DNA from: Candidatus Campbellbacteria bacterium | GTDB lineage: Bacteria; Patescibacteriota; Minisyncoccia; Phycocordibacterales; UBA1006 | Length of the DNA stretch: 40,917 nucleotides | Direction: 5' to 3' | Assembly: GCA_002698305.1 (NCBI GenBank) | Contig: NZWR01000006.1 | Location: 1 to 40,917, forward strand | Shown: one piece after another, positions 1-8,842 of the stretch | How the letters are laid out: the number at the start of each line of letters is the position of its first letter | How positions within the stretch are numbered: the stretch's first letter is position 1 | Notes under the pieces: model-generated | Databases searched by the model: none | Told to the model about the DNA's origin: nothing | What the model saw: only the letters and a program-made list of their open reading frames with translations | Program-made: the position numbers and the translations under genes

Positions 1-34
1 GTGTTTCTGAGATTGTATTTGAGTATCCAGCCAT
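1..34 (-). CDS. 5' end of a hypothetical ORF running off the left edge (MAGYSNTISET...)
   Basis: ATG at 32-34 (minus) lies 6 nt downstream of a TATAAT (41-46, minus). This is the same leaderless geometry seen at about 20 other genes. The frame stays open to the window edge. Confidence 0.25.
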   Translation of the reverse strand, partial: MAGYSNTISET

Positions 35-50
35 AGTTAAATTATACCAG

Positions 51-140
51 ACTAGAACATTTCTCGAACTAAAAATCACCTTACAGAATAAGGTGATTTT
101 CTTGTAGCTGGCAGACTGGGATGACGTTCGAACTTTTTTA
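51..140 (-). repeat. Junction-module copy A (type-2 hairpin)
   Basis: Aligns by eye with modules at 34361-34467 and 32988-33048. It has a CTCGAACT core (63-70), an A5-TCACCTTA/TAAGGTGA-T4 hairpin (71-100), a GCTGGCAGACTGGGATGACGTTCGAAC arm (107-133) and a TTTTTTAAAAGAAAA tail. Confidence 0.7.
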
Positions 141-172
141 AAAGAAAAAGCTACAAATATTTAATTTGTAGC
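140..172 (-). terminator. Intrinsic terminator of the 189..590 ORF
   Basis: GCTACAAA/TTTGTAGC stem (150-157/165-172), followed on the minus strand by a T-rich run. Confidence 0.6.
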
Positions 173-188
173 CAGTTTCTATTAAATT

Positions 189-590
189 TTAAGCAATTGC
201 TTTTAGCGTTGATCCAAAAGTCATTTTATTAATGTTATTTTGACGATAGAAACTACCTTTGAACTCTTCGTTGGTATATAAGCGATAGATTTCTTTTAAC
301 ATTTCTATTGCTTCATCACACAAGGGAACTTTTTCAATTCCTGCGCTTCCATGAATAAATGTATTAAGTGCAATGTTACCAATACCAACCCAACCAGCAT
401 GTCGTGCCTTTGGGTGAACTATTACTATTTCACCAGGTTTCATAGCCATTGGAACATCCCCACTAAAATGTAGTGCCAGACATTCTCCTATGTGTGAATA
501 TGAAACGGTGTGAATGTTACCAAGCAAGGAAATTTTTTTTGATTCAAATGCTTCTTTAATCTTTTTGATATTTTCTATTACGTTGCTCAT
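189..590 (-). CDS. Hypothetical protein (133 aa), cassette cargo downstream of tRNA-Gln
   Basis: Intact ORF bracketed by a consensus promoter (631-659) and a terminator (140-172). No family recognised. Confidence 0.6.
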   Translation of the reverse strand: MSNVIENIKKIKEAFESKKISLLGNIHTVSYSHIGECLALHFSGDVPMAMKPGEIVIVHPKARHAGWVGIGNIALNTFIHGSAGIEKVPLCDEAIEMLKEIYRLYTNEEFKGSFYRQNNINKMTFGSTLKAIA

Positions 591-630
591 TTTAAATGAT
601 TTAAGTTTATATTAAGTTTTTATGAGAATA

Positions 631-659
631 ATTATATCATCTATATAAATAGTTGTCAA
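631..659 (-). promoter_or_regulatory. Sigma70-type promoter TTGACA-17-TATAAT (minus strand)
   Basis: tgtcaa at 654-659 and attata at 631-636 on the plus strand, 17-bp spacer. The -35 box is part of the repeated junction module. Confidence 0.6.
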
Positions 660-731
660 CATATGACTTGTTTAGGATTAGAATCAAAAACACTATATGA
701 AATATAGTGTTTTTAGATAAATGCTGTGTTG
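654..731 (-). repeat. Junction-module copy G, fused to the 3' end of tRNA-Gln
   Basis: High by-eye similarity to 32423-32500 and 35992-36075. Shared parts are TTGAC, GATTAGAAT/GATTCGAAC, the AAAAACACTATATGAAATATAGTGTTTTT hairpin (686-714) and GTGTTGCTG, which runs straight into the tRNA discriminator base. Confidence 0.75.
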
Positions 732-802
732 CTGCTCGACTAGGATTCGAACCTAGATAGTCGGTACCAGAAACCGAAGTCCTACCATTAGACGATCGAG
801 CA
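732..802 (-). tRNA. tRNA-Gln: tRNA-Gln (anticodon CTG)
   Basis: Minus-strand cloverleaf folded by hand. Acceptor TGCTCGA/TCGAGCA with U1-A72, anticodon stem TCGGT/ACCGA, loop TTCTGGT, T-arm CTAGG-TTCGAAT-CCTAG, discriminator G. CCA is not encoded. Confidence 0.85.
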
Positions 803-835
803 ATATAGGACTATCATAATAAATTTTAGGTAAAA

Positions 836-862
836 TAAAAGACCTTCTTGGAAGGTCTTTTT
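836..862 (-). terminator. Hairpin terminator downstream of ftsX
   Basis: AAAAGACCTTC-TTG-GAAGGTCTTTT immediately 3' of the ftsX stop codon. Confidence 0.6.
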
Positions 863-1784
863 AAGTACGTAAATATCTTCGGATTGCCAAGTAACTTGAA
901 ATAACTCCTAAAATTACCCCTACAGCTGCAACAATAATGAAAATATAGAAAATATTTTGGGTAAAGTATGTTTTAAAATCCATACCACCAAAGAATGTTC
1001 GAGTAAAATCAGCTACCCACCCTGTTGCAAAATATAATGTCACCATGGTAAATATTGCTGCCAAGAATCCATAGAATGCTCCCATCACAACAAAGGGTCC
1101 ACGGGTATATCGATGCTCTGCTCCAACTAGTCGTTTTATGCGTATTTCTTTTTTTGATGCAAAGATAGCAATGCGCATGGTACTCAAGATTACCAGAAGA
1201 GCAATAATAACAAAGAAAATGGTTGCACCAACCGTTACTGCTCGAACCACATTATTAAATTCATTTAATCGATCAATGGCGGTTTTGTTGTCATAGTAGT
1301 TAATACGTTCAACAAAATCAGAATTCGAAACAGCTGGTTCTGACTCGATAGCATTTACCACTGATTCATACTGGGATGATCTGAATGCCCGAACGTTGAG
1401 TGATGCACCGAGTGGATTATCACCAAGCTCCTCAAGCGAACGATTGATGAGTTCATCATTTTGATGGCGCTCTTGAAATTGAACAAAAGCTTCTTCTCGT
1501 GATATATATTGAACGTCACGGACTTCAGGAATTGTACCAATACGATCTTGTAATGTTAAAATTTCTGATTCAGGAACATCTGGAAAGAAATAAATATTTA
1601 CATCTACCCTATCCTCCAATTGACTCATGGCTACTGAAAGCCCGGCATTAAGAAACATCAAGCTGCTGAGCATCAAAAGTGCAATCGTCATGACTAATGT
1701 TGTTGAAAATGAAATCAGTTTGTTACGCCAAAATTTAATCAACCCTTCTTTTATAATTCGTTGTATATCTAATCGTAGTGACAT
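861..1784 (-). CDS. ftsX: Cell-division permease-like protein FtsX
   Basis: Four-TM FtsX topology with a large extracytoplasmic loop, immediately downstream of ftsE. The track ORF extends to 1841, but the MSLRLDIQRII start at 1784 avoids overlap with ftsE. Confidence 0.8.
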   Translation of the reverse strand: MSLRLDIQRIIKEGLIKFWRNKLISFSTTLVMTIALLMLSSLMFLNAGLSVAMSQLEDRVDVNIYFFPDVPESEILTLQDRIGTIPEVRDVQYISREEAFVQFQERHQNDELINRSLEELGDNPLGASLNVRAFRSSQYESVVNAIESEPAVSNSDFVERINYYDNKTAIDRLNEFNNVVRAVTVGATIFFVIIALLVILSTMRIAIFASKKEIRIKRLVGAEHRYTRGPFVVMGAFYGFLAAIFTMVTLYFATGWVADFTRTFFGGMDFKTYFTQNIFYIFIIVAAVGVILGVISSYLAIRRYLRT

Positions 1785-1788
1785 AATA

Positions 1789-2469
1789 CTATTCGTGGTA
1801 TTTACCTTTCTTTGAATCTCTAATAATACGACCCTCTTCAATTCTGACTACACGACGGTGAAGCTCATCAACAACGTCCCTGTCATGGGTTGCTAAAATA
1901 ATTGTAGTACCCAACTCATTAATCTTTTCCAAAATCCGCAGAACCCCTCGTGAACCTTCTGGATCAAGGGAACCTGTTGGCTCGTCAGCAATAAGAACAT
2001 CAGGTTGATTAATAATTGCTCGAGCTATTGCAAGACGCTGCTGTTCACCTCCTGAGAGCTGATGAGGGAAACTAAATCCTTTGTGGTCAAGCCCAACCAA
2101 ATCAAGAGCATAAGGAACATCAGCCTTGATATCAGCATCAGATTTTCCAATCATCTCCATTGCAAAGGCAACATTTTCATATACGGTTTTGTCCTCTAGT
2201 AATTTATAGTCTTGGAAAACAACTCCGATACGTTGTCGGTATTTAGGAATATCTTTTCTTCTTAAATTATGAACATTAACACCATCAAAAGTTACCGTTC
2301 CGCTGGTAGGCTTTTCCTCTGCAAGAAGAAGTCGTATTAACGTCGTCTTACCTGCACCAGACGGACCGATAAAAGTAACAAATTCTCCTTTATTAATAGA
2401 CAACTCAATGTCATGGACTGAGATGTCTTTATTTTTGTAGCTTTTACTTACTGAATTAAAAATTATCAT
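1789..2469 (-). CDS. ftsE: Cell-division ATP-binding protein FtsE
   Basis: Walker A GPSGAGKTT, ABC signature LSGGEQQR, Walker B LIADEP. About 226 aa and adjacent to ftsX. Confidence 0.9.
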   Translation of the reverse strand: MIIFNSVSKSYKNKDISVHDIELSINKGEFVTFIGPSGAGKTTLIRLLLAEEKPTSGTVTFDGVNVHNLRRKDIPKYRQRIGVVFQDYKLLEDKTVYENVAFAMEMIGKSDADIKADVPYALDLVGLDHKGFSFPHQLSGGEQQRLAIARAIINQPDVLIADEPTGSLDPEGSRGVLRILEKINELGTTIILATHDRDVVDELHRRVVRIEEGRIIRDSKKGKYHE

Positions 2470-2514
2470 TATGGCTCCATTTTACCATAAACAAAAAAGC
2501 TACAAAGAATAGCT

Positions 2515-3156
2515 TTATTCATTATACGCTGACCAAGAATACCAGTCGTTTTGTATTGGCTCCCAGGTTACAATATCTTTACACTCTTCTGTAAACCCAG
2601 GTCGGTTCCCTTCAGGTGAGTAAGCAACCCCCTTGCAATCTGGGGCGTAACCATGGTCATATCTAAAAAAGACTACATCTTCTTTTATTTCTAAAAATTT
2701 AAAGGGCTCCGTCGTACTAAAAAATACTTCAACCTTCTCTGCACGTACATCTCTTAGCAACAAATCTTCTACTATCGGGGTGATATCTTGTAATCTCAAA
2801 TTTTCATATTTCACAACTCTTTCATCATGAATAGAAAGTGATATAAACGGTGATCCAAGAGCAAGACAAAACAAGATCAGTCCGACTAATATTGAGATAA
2901 TATTAATGCGTACAAAGATCAGATATAAAACAAGACCAGTACATGCAAATAAAACATTGAGTAGCCCAGCCATAGCAAAACCAATTAAATCATAGTCAGT
3001 CACAGGCTCACGCATATAACCATAGATAATGATAAGGAGTGTTGGCCCAAGCATAACCATTAAACTCACAAGAAGTTCAATAATAGTATAGTTTCTTTTT
3101 GTTAGATTATTTTTCATATTTAATAAATAGATCAATGTTTCCTGATAAGACATCAT
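2515..3156 (-). CDS. Hypothetical membrane protein (213 aa)
   Basis: Several TM segments and a Trp/Tyr-rich soluble C-terminus. The N-terminal [15 protein letters not shown] resembles a degenerate prepilin leader. Overlaps the prfB 3' end by 50 nt (11 nt from the MKNN start). Confidence 0.5.
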   Translation of the reverse strand: MMSYQETLIYLLNMKNNLTKRNYTIIELLVSLMVMLGPTLLIIIYGYMREPVTDYDLIGFAMAGLLNVLFACTGLVLYLIFVRINIISILVGLILFCLALGSPFISLSIHDERVVKYENLRLQDITPIVEDLLLRDVRAEKVEVFFSTTEPFKFLEIKEDVVFFRYDHGYAPDCKGVAYSPEGNRPGFTEECKDIVTWEPIQNDWYSWSAYNE

Positions 3157-3973
3157 CTATCTTTGCCGTGTCTATTTCTTTATCATGATCCTTTACCATC
3201 TGATATGGATCCATGATATACGAACGCATTTGACTTCCCCACTCAATAGCAAGTTTTTTGGTGGCTGAGAGACCTTGGGCTTTTTTTTCTTCATCATCAA
3301 GATGCTTCTTGTAGAGTTTTGCTCTCATTATTTCTAATGCACGTACTCTATTAGCTTCTTGCGTCCTTTTCTCAGAAATAAAAACTGAAATGCCTGTTTC
3401 TGGATGCACCATACGTACGGCTGTTTCTCTCTTATTAACATTTTGTCCTCCTGCACCCCCTGAGCGTGCAAATGAAACATCGAGATCAGACTCATTCAGT
3501 TCAAAATCCTGAGCGCTAATTTCAGGTAATACCTCAACCAAAGCGAAACTTGTTTGTCGTTTGCCTTGCTTGTTAAATGGAGACTTCCTTACTAGTCTGT
3601 GTACACCAGCTTCTCCTTTAAGCATGCCATACGCGTGTTTACCTAATATTTCACATGAAATACTGCGATACCCGTTCATAGTATTTGGTGAGCTCTCTAA
3701 AATAGAGAAGGTTAAGCCTTTACTACTTGCAAACGATTGATACATTTCAAAAAGTATTCGTACAAAATCCTCTGCATCATCTCCACCAGCCCCGGCAAAA
3801 ATACCTAAGGTTGCGTTACCAGTATTATATTTATCTTTACCAAGCAAATCATTCTTTAAATTTTCAATTTTTTTAATCACCTGCTGAGCTGCATCTTTAT
3901 CATTCCAAAAATCTGGTGCATACATTTTTTGCTCGAGCTCCTCTATTTGCTGCTGAATTTCTTGCTTATTCAT
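3107..3973 (-). CDS. prfB: Peptide chain release factor 2, short form (288 aa)
   Basis: SPF tripeptide (RKSPFN) and GGQ motif (GAGGQNVN). The N-terminal domain is much shorter than in E. coli RF2. Confidence 0.85.
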   Translation of the reverse strand: MNKQEIQQQIEELEQKMYAPDFWNDKDAAQQVIKKIENLKNDLLGKDKYNTGNATLGIFAGAGGDDAEDFVRILFEMYQSFASSKGLTFSILESSPNTMNGYRSISCEILGKHAYGMLKGEAGVHRLVRKSPFNKQGKRQTSFALVEVLPEISAQDFELNESDLDVSFARSGGAGGQNVNKRETAVRMVHPETGISVFISEKRTQEANRVRALEIMRAKLYKKHLDDEEKKAQGLSATKKLAIEWGSQMRSYIMDPYQMVKDHDKEIDTAKIDDVLSGNIDLFIKYEK

Positions 3974-4062
3974 AAATCTAGTTTAGTACAAAATAAAAAA
4001 ACCGCTAACAAAAACTAGTTTTTTAGTTTGTTATTAATGAGAGAGATATATAGCAAATAAAC

Positions 4063-4596
4063 CTAGCACACGAGAGGTTTATTAATTTGAAGTAGTAAAT
4101 AATATGATGAAATACAAATCCCTGCTATACCAGCCCACGATATTAAGAGTGCATACTGTGAAATAAAACCAATCTGTGCACCCAAACCTATTCCGGTAAG
4201 TATTGGTGCTATAACAAGCGCACCACAAGATACACACCCAACACCAAATACACCCAGCATGACTCCAATACTGCTTCCAAGGAAACTTTTACCTGCAAAT
4301 ATTTTTTGCTGTTTTTTAATATATTGATAAAAGAGCACAGTATTTATCCCTAAAGCTAAACTTAAAATAATTGTAGTTGCTTGTTCCACGATAGGAATAT
4401 CTATGAAGTATATAAAAATATATTCGCTAAAAATAGAAAATTTTCGGCTTAAACTGATATCAGGTATTTTAAAAGAGTTAGTAAGAATTTCCCAAATAGG
4501 AATAATCCTAGCTAATAAAAAAACTAATACCGTAGCTAAAACAAAAATCAGCAGGTTATCCTTTTTTCTAAATATACGAATAAACAACGATTGCAT
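4063..4596 (-). CDS. Polytopic membrane protein with an intramembrane CxxC (GVGCVSCG)
   Basis: About 5 TM segments with a CVSC motif inside a Gly-rich TM helix. Divergent from the DsbA-like gene. TATACT lies 6 nt upstream of the ATG. Confidence 0.55.
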   Translation of the reverse strand: MQSLFIRIFRKKDNLLIFVLATVLVFLLARIIPIWEILTNSFKIPDISLSRKFSIFSEYIFIYFIDIPIVEQATTIILSLALGINTVLFYQYIKKQQKIFAGKSFLGSSIGVMLGVFGVGCVSCGALVIAPILTGIGLGAQIGFISQYALLISWAGIAGICISSYYLLLQINKPLVC

Positions 4597-4695
4597 AAGG
4601 TGAGTATACGTCAGTTTGATTTAATACGCACGAAGCTAATGCGGGCTCATAATATTCTGATATACTGGGTGCATTATTCTTTTTTAACCATACCT

Positions 4696-5400
4696 ATGAA
4701 TACAGATATTAAAGCAAACATTGCTATCCTTATTTCGATAGCAGCGCTTGTTGTTTCAATTTTGAACCGACCCGCGCCACAGTACGAATTTATTAAACAA
4801 GCAGCCGTTGATGCTGGACTCAGCAGCAAGACCTATGATCAATGTATCGCAGATCCTGCAGCTCGAGCTGAAGTTAATCAAGATATTGCTGAATCAATGA
4901 TTATTGCAGAGGCACTAGGTCAACCATCACTTGGGACACCATTTAATTTGGTAGTAACTGATACGCAGCTTATCCCTGTTGCTGGAGCATACCCTGAAGA
5001 ATTCTTCCAGTTAATGGTACTACAGCACCGTGAATCAGGAGAGATTCCTCAGGCAACACTTGATCAATTTGAAATCACCCCTCTTGATGAGTCACTACGT
5101 GAACAAATTAGATTATTTAACCCAGAAATAGATGCCTATAAAGGCTCAGCTAACCCTAGCTTTACTGTTATTGAATACTCTGACTTCCAATGTCCATTCT
5201 GTGCACGGGTTCACCCTACCCTTCAATCACTGGTTGATACTAATGATGATGTAGCTTGGGTATACCGACACCTTCCGTTAGACTTCCACCCTGAAGCAAT
5301 GCCAGCCGCTATTGCTGCAGAATGTGCCTATGCTGAAGAAGGTAATGATGCGTTCTGGATGTTCACTGATACCATCTTTGAAAATCAGGATCAATTATAA
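4696..5400 (+). CDS. Membrane-anchored DsbA-like thioredoxin-fold protein, apparently circularly permuted
   Basis: CPFC active site in YSDFQCPFCARVHP. The GTP cis-Pro-loop-like segment (LGQPSLGTPFNLVV) lies N-terminal to it. TM anchor IAILISIAALVVSIL. The track ORF starts at 4591; MNTDIK at 4696 is the more likely start. Confidence 0.65.
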   Translation: MNTDIKANIAILISIAALVVSILNRPAPQYEFIKQAAVDAGLSSKTYDQCIADPAARAEVNQDIAESMIIAEALGQPSLGTPFNLVVTDTQLIPVAGAYPEEFFQLMVLQHRESGEIPQATLDQFEITPLDESLREQIRLFNPEIDAYKGSANPSFTVIEYSDFQCPFCARVHPTLQSLVDTNDDVAWVYRHLPLDFHPEAMPAAIAAECAYAEEGNDAFWMFTDTIFENQDQL

Positions 5401-5404
5401 AAAT

Positions 5405-5425
5405 AAAAACCGCTCTGCGGTTTTT
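5405..5425. terminator. Bidirectional hairpin between convergent genes
   Basis: AAAAACCGC-TCT-GCGGTTTTT flanked by A and T runs. Confidence 0.6.
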
Positions 5426-5434
5426 ATTTTTTAC

Positions 5435-7225
5435 TTATTTTGATTGACGTTTATTCCGTGCTCGTTCAGATTCTTTCAAATATTGTTTGCGCAATCGGAT
5501 TGCATCAGGAGTGACTTCCAAATACTCGTCTTCTCGCATTAACCCCATCGCCATTTCAAGCGTTAATTCGATAGGGGGCGTGAGTTTAATTGATTCATCA
5601 GATCCAGATGCTCGAACATTAGTGAGTTGCTTTCCTTTCGTCGGATTTACCTCCATATCAGCTCCTTTGACCGTATTTCCAACAACCATTCCTTCGTATA
5701 CTTCGGTTCCAGGTGAAATATATAGTGACCCTCGCTCCTGAAGATTCGCTAATGAAAATCCAAGTGCTTTCCCTGTTGCCATTGAAATCATTGATCCAAC
5801 TTCAGTTTTCATGATTGGACCAGCAAATGGTTTAAAGTCTTCAAAAGTCGTCGTCAAAATTCCTTCCCCTTTCGTATCTACAATAAATTCATTTCGGTAG
5901 CCAAGTAATCCTCGCGTAGGTACCGAGAAAATCATTTTTGTCTGACCGTTTTCGGTTTGCATATCATTCATTATTCCCTTTCGTTTTCCAAGCTTGTCAA
6001 TAACTGAGCCTGAAAACTCTTCAGGAACTAAAATAGTTACCTCTTCAAATGGTTCATGCTGCATACTATCAATATCTTTGATGATTACCTCTGGTTGTGA
6101 GACGGCAAGTTCAAACCCTTCTCGCCTCATGTTTTCGATAAGTACTGCGATGTGTAATTCTCCACGACCAAAAACTTTAAATTTTGACCCATTACCCGTA
6201 TCTATTTTAAGCCCTACATTCACTTCAAGTTCTTTTTCAAGACGCTCTAGAATTTGACGTGATGTTAGATATTTTCCAACTTTTCCTGAAAACGGTGAAT
6301 CGTTAACGAACAGGTTCATAGAAATAGTTGGTTCATCAACAGAAATTGCCGGGAGTAATTCTCCAGCATCTTTGGCTAGAATAGTTTGCCCGATAAAAAT
6401 ATCAGGAAGTCCAGCAATCATAACAATATCACCTGCTGAAGCTTCTTCTACCTCGACTTTTTCAAGGCCTTTAAATGAAAAGAGTTTTGAAATCTTCCCT
6501 GAAATGGTTGCTTCTTCAGTCTTGAGAAAAATAGTTTGCCCATTTTTTACAGTCCCATTATAGATACGTGCAATACCCATACGTCCAAGGAAGTTATCAT
6601 ACGCAAGGTTAAATACTTGCCCTTGCAATTCCTCTGAAAGCCTTTCTTCTGTAGCTACATTAGGTACCTCCTCTAAAACTAAATCAAGAAGTGGTGTTAA
6701 ATCCTTCATTTCATCATCCATTGATAGTCCAGCAACACCATCACGCCCGACAGCATAGACTGTTTTAAAATCCAATTGTTCGTCGTCAGCACCTAAATCA
6801 AGAAATAGCTCATACACATCTTCTTGTGCTTTTTCTACATCAGCTGCGGGTTTATCAATCTTGTTTAAAACAAGAATTGGTTTCAACCCTAATTCAAGTG
6901 ATTTTTTCAAAACGAATTTGGTTTGCGGCATTGGTCCTTCAGCAGCATCAACAATCAACAAAACAGAGTCAATTGAACGTAGTACTCGCTCAACCTCTGA
7001 TCCGAAATCCGCGTGACCTGGTGTATCTAAGATATTGATTTTTGTGTCTTTATAAATGATCGAGGTATTTTTTGCATAAATAGTAATACCACGCTCTTTT
7101 TCAAGATCGTTTGAATCCATTGATACGCCACGCTCTACCATTCCCGTTTGCTCAAGAATCGCATCGGTCAATGTTGTTTTCCCGTGGTCAACGTGGGCAA
7201 TAATAGCTATATTTCTAATTTCCAT
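5435..7225 (-). CDS. typA: Translational GTPase TypA/BipA
   Basis: AHVDHGKTT G1 motif and DTPGHADF G3 motif. About 600 aa with an EF-G-like layout and the characteristic TypA C-terminus. Confidence 0.9.
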   Translation of the reverse strand: MEIRNIAIIAHVDHGKTTLTDAILEQTGMVERGVSMDSNDLEKERGITIYAKNTSIIYKDTKINILDTPGHADFGSEVERVLRSIDSVLLIVDAAEGPMPQTKFVLKKSLELGLKPILVLNKIDKPAADVEKAQEDVYELFLDLGADDEQLDFKTVYAVGRDGVAGLSMDDEMKDLTPLLDLVLEEVPNVATEERLSEELQGQVFNLAYDNFLGRMGIARIYNGTVKNGQTIFLKTEEATISGKISKLFSFKGLEKVEVEEASAGDIVMIAGLPDIFIGQTILAKDAGELLPAISVDEPTISMNLFVNDSPFSGKVGKYLTSRQILERLEKELEVNVGLKIDTGNGSKFKVFGRGELHIAVLIENMRREGFELAVSQPEVIIKDIDSMQHEPFEEVTILVPEEFSGSVIDKLGKRKGIMNDMQTENGQTKMIFSVPTRGLLGYRNEFIVDTKGEGILTTTFEDFKPFAGPIMKTEVGSMISMATGKALGFSLANLQERGSLYISPGTEVYEGMVVGNTVKGADMEVNPTKGKQLTNVRASGSDESIKLTPPIELTLEMAMGLMREDEYLEVTPDAIRLRKQYLKESERARNKRQSK

Positions 7226-7337
7226 AATGCTGTTAATACTAGCACAGAAGAAATTAAGGTAAATAATAACTGAAAAGAATAATTTACTTTATACAGAGTT
7301 TAGGTAAATAAAAAACGACACATGTATCGTTTGTAGA

Positions 7338-8792
7338 TTATTTACTCTTTGCTAAATCAAAGGTCTCGTCTATTCTAATATCGTGCATAAACTCCTCATC
7401 ATGAGAAATCACCACCATACCCCCTTCGTAATCATGTAATGCCTGCGCGATGACTGGCAAATGTCTAAAATTAATATGGTTTGTCGGCTCGTCCAAAATC
7501 AAAAGCCCAGGTTCAAGTAGTACTAGCTGCGCAAATGCAACCAGCCCTTTTTGACCTTCTGACAAAGTACCTATCTTACTTTTAATCACATCATTCGTAA
7601 TCAGGAATCCTGCTGCTACACTTCTTAATTTTTGCTCATCAACAACTGGCATAACCTTTGCTAATTCATCATAAACAGTACTATCAAAATCAAGTCCGCG
7701 AAAATCCTGACGATAATATCCGATGCGTACATCAGGATGGGCATACACCCCACTGTCCTCTGTCGCAATTTTTTCAAGCAGTGTTGTTTTTCCAATTCCA
7801 TTTGGGCCTACAATACGCAAATGATGATTTTTTCTTATATCAATGTTTGCCTCTCGAGACTGCTCTTTACCATCTTTCATCCGGGTGTATGAACGGATCT
7901 CCATTACATTACCTGTTACATCTTTTTGATGCGGAATGATAAAATTACGAATCGTTTTATCTTCCTGTCGTACGTCAACCTTATTATCTTCAAATTCATC
8001 AACGTCTTCGCGCATTTGCTTTGCCAATGCTCGCAGGCGCCCCCCTTTGTTTGCAAAATAATTCGCCTTGTCTTTTTTATCCTGAATTGATTTTTCTAGC
8101 TGAGCATTTTTACGTTTTTCCTTTGCAACACGTAATCCAATCTGCTCGATCACATCATGATAATTACCTGTATACTGTTCAACTGTTTTTGTACGTACAT
8201 CTAAATACAGCACTCCTGTAGAAAATTCGTTTAAAAATTCAGCATCGTGGGAAATAACCAGAACTGTTTTATTATAGTTTTTCAGAAACTCAGTCAGATG
8301 CGCTATTCCTGATGAATCTAAATTGTTTGTTGGCTCGTCAAGAAGTAAAATATCAGGATTTTGAATCAGTGCAGAAGCAAGTAATATACGCGCCTGCTGA
8401 CCTCCTGAAAAATCAGTAAGTTTTTGTTCTTTGTTAGCCTCAAGACCAACGACCTCTAGTACAGTATCAATACGAGGATCAATATCATAGATTGTTTCTT
8501 CAAACTGTGATTGGAAATACTCACGTAAGGTCATATCTAATTCATCATGAGCTATTACTTGGCGTGCCATAGCGATACTTGCCTTGTGAGCGATATGAAT
8601 ATCACCATCGGTTAATTCAAGCTCACCCATAATCATTTTAAAAAGCGAGGATTTCCCTGCACCATTCTGACCCATGAGGGTTATTTTTGCACCACGGCGA
8701 ATAGAAAAATTCACTTCATCTAGAATTGTGTGTACTGCTGAGTATTTAAATGTTACGTCTTCAAAACGCAGTATAGATCCGTTGTTTGACAT
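7338..8792 (-). CDS. ABC-F family ATPase (two ABC domains, no TM domain)
   Basis: Two Walker A motifs (GQNGAGKSS, GPNGIGKTT) and two signatures (FSGGQQAR, LSEGQKG), joined by a charged inter-domain linker. Confidence 0.85.
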   Translation of the reverse strand: MSNNGSILRFEDVTFKYSAVHTILDEVNFSIRRGAKITLMGQNGAGKSSLFKMIMGELELTDGDIHIAHKASIAMARQVIAHDELDMTLREYFQSQFEETIYDIDPRIDTVLEVVGLEANKEQKLTDFSGGQQARILLASALIQNPDILLLDEPTNNLDSSGIAHLTEFLKNYNKTVLVISHDAEFLNEFSTGVLYLDVRTKTVEQYTGNYHDVIEQIGLRVAKEKRKNAQLEKSIQDKKDKANYFANKGGRLRALAKQMREDVDEFEDNKVDVRQEDKTIRNFIIPHQKDVTGNVMEIRSYTRMKDGKEQSREANIDIRKNHHLRIVGPNGIGKTTLLEKIATEDSGVYAHPDVRIGYYRQDFRGLDFDSTVYDELAKVMPVVDEQKLRSVAAGFLITNDVIKSKIGTLSEGQKGLVAFAQLVLLEPGLLILDEPTNHINFRHLPVIAQALHDYEGGMVVISHDEEFMHDIRIDETFDLAKSK

Positions 8793-8842
8793 GATGGGTA
8801 TTGTACATATTTAAGCCAAAGAAAAAAGCTCTGCCAACGATA

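Noticed and set aside
861-1841. N-terminal extensions proposed by the ORF track: ftsX to 1841, DsbA-like from 4591, crtI from 12107, HAD to 30411, recombinase from TTG 37439
   Set aside because: The extensions overlap neighbouring genes or promoter elements and add non-homologous residues. Internal ATGs give canonical N-termini and fit the -10/ATG spacing rule.
3974-4062. Upstream exon or +1 frameshift site for prfB
   Set aside because: The region upstream of the RF2 start is A/T-rich non-coding sequence with hairpins. No CTT-TGA-type shifty site or short leader ORF is present.
5487-8221. Plus-strand ORFs of 63-93 aa inside typA and the ABC-F gene (5487-5741, 5994-6257, 6372-6563, 6826-7038, 7658-7939, 8021-8221)
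   Set aside because: They lie antisense within strongly supported conserved genes. They are low-complexity Ser/Pro/Leu-rich shadow frames with no promoter or terminator signals.
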